From Selaginella moellendorffii (taxonomy: Eukaryota; Plantae; Lycopodiophyta), in NCBI RefSeq assembly GCF_000143415.4, contig NW_003314286.1, positions 263,766 through 327,765 on the forward strand: DNA of 64,000 nt, given 5' to 3'. Each line of letters starts with the position of its first letter. Position 1 is the stretch's first letter. Positions 62,482 through 64,000 of the stretch are shown piece by piece. Made by a program: the position numbers and the translations under genes. The notes beneath the pieces were generated by a model. That model saw only the letters and a list, made by a program, of their open reading frames with translations. It did not search any database and was not told the DNA's origin.

Positions 62482-64000
62482 GATAGGAGACCTTTTATTA
62501 TAAGACAAACTTGGAAGTAACACTAGTGCCAAGTGAACCTCTTGATGGTGCTCTTGAAAGAAGGATGGAAGAGCCACTGACTTATGTGTGCAAAGGTTCT
62601 CTATTATTCACGCAACTCATTATTTTTTTGAAAGAATCTCTATGTCAAGAACAATAGCACCAACAAAATGTTATTGATGTCAAAGCCTCCACTCAAGAAA
62701 TGAAGGACATCAATCTGGAAAATGTTGATAACACTAATATGTATAGCCAACCTCATCACATGCCCAACAATAAACATTATGGCCACAACCATGTCCTCAC
62801 TCTTGTCCTTGAATATGGGCAGTAACAACATCAACCTTTATCAAAATAGAATCATTTACTATAAAAAGTGGAGTTGAAGGATATGCAACAATAAAAGAGG
62901 TGATGGTTTATAATATTGTGCCAATCGAAGAACATTGTTAAGGGGAAGCAAGTGCATGCACAAATCCCATAAAATCTTAACAAAGTGAAAGCCACAACAT
63001 TCTTAACTTGATTTGTTTTAATATATTTGGCTCCACATGAAATAAAAGTCTCCAAAAACAAACACCAAATTGCATCATTTACTTATACGCCTCTTGATGA
63101 AGATAGTGCAATTGTTAGAAGGTATCATCACAATTATTAATATGTCCAAATGCATGCTTGAAGATTTCTAAAAGAATGTTTTAATTTACGAAAGTGGTTG
63201 CACTCAAACTATTGTACTATTGCAATGTTATCCCTTGGAAATACATGGAAAACTCACATAGGTGCCAAACATCATCCTAAATATCACCATAAAGTGATCA
63301 AACTAGTGGTACATATCATCCCCAGAATTCCCACAAAAGAACTCTAACCAAATGCAAGGATTGGCAGTAATAGTAGGAAGAGTTGTACTATGCACCATAA
63401 ATACCATCATCAATTGAGTTTAAGTGTTCAACTACAATTGCACCAATTGCTGTTCTAGAGTCAAAAGAGGAGGAGGCTACTACTCTGTCATGAAGATGAA
63501 TGAAAAGGAAAAAAACAATAGAGAAAAAATTAATACAAAATTATAAGGAAAGTGAGATTTAAATAATGTAAAAGCTAAATCTAAACCAAAATCCTAAATC
63601 CAAGCACTCCTTAGGGATAATCAAAGCTGCCTCTCACCTTCACCAATGTGAGTGTATGGAATATAAAAAAATGCATATCAATTAGCCAAAAAACTTTAGT
63701 TTATATAAAAGAGGAAGTGGTCTAGATTGAAACCAATCTAATAGTTATAAGAATCCTGCTACACTAATATTAGTATGTACCTCACAAAAGCTATCAAGAT
63801 ATCTAAAATTAGTGACTAATAATCTGTGCTTGCAAGAAATGTTTACTTTACTTATTTTCTCTTATTTATTTTTAGTTTATTATATTAATTAAGTGCAGGC
63901 TGGGTGATAGTGAATATACCTAGAATAACTTTGGATATTCTTACCATCTATTGGTTGATATGCAAAAATATTGTGCTTATCAATTATAAATAAATATAAT

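Noticed and set aside
44472-62486. TSD for the old Gypsy element
   Set aside because: Flanks GGAAA and GATAG do not match; the TSD has decayed or the element is recombinant.
62482-64000. Short minus-strand ORFs after the last LTR
   Set aside because: Degenerate AT-rich sequence with no supportable family assignment.

Overview
Plant nuclear DNA. The very short introns (~50-60 nt), high gene density, PLS-type PPR gene and Tcn1-like chromovirus suggest a lycophyte such as Selaginella; this is an inference. Bases 1-30.6 kb are gene-dense: AIR carboxylase, an HSP20/ACD protein, an orphan gene, two U4 snRNA genes, a kinase-less LRR receptor with a BRI1/BRL-like island domain, DUF829/TMEM53, KCS, NAD kinase, PPR, GIF, a dirigent-like protein, PTH2, beta-tubulin, an MFS nodulin-like transporter with decayed copies, and RAD1. 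Bases 30.8-62.5 kb are a nest of transposons. (1) A foldback Mutator-like element whose ~720-bp inverted arms contain the first transposase exons. (2) A LINE relic interrupted by a full-length chromodomain Ty3/Gypsy element with a self-priming PBS and a GGGAAAC/hairpin -1 frameshift signal. (3) An old Gypsy element interrupted by a 12.9-kb Sola1-like DNA transposon (24-bp TIRs, TTGG TSD). This last element is the best candidate for an undescribed system. Besides its DDD transposase it carries a divergently transcribed multi-exon cargo gene (ParB-like domain, degenerate beta-class DNA amino-methyltransferase fold, acidic tract, then an FCP1/NIF-like HAD phosphatase). It also carries about 25 copies of a 22-bp palindrome, ATGGCRTG-N6-CAYGCCAT, in introns, intergenic DNA and coding sequence. 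All family calls come from motifs read by eye; no searches were run.
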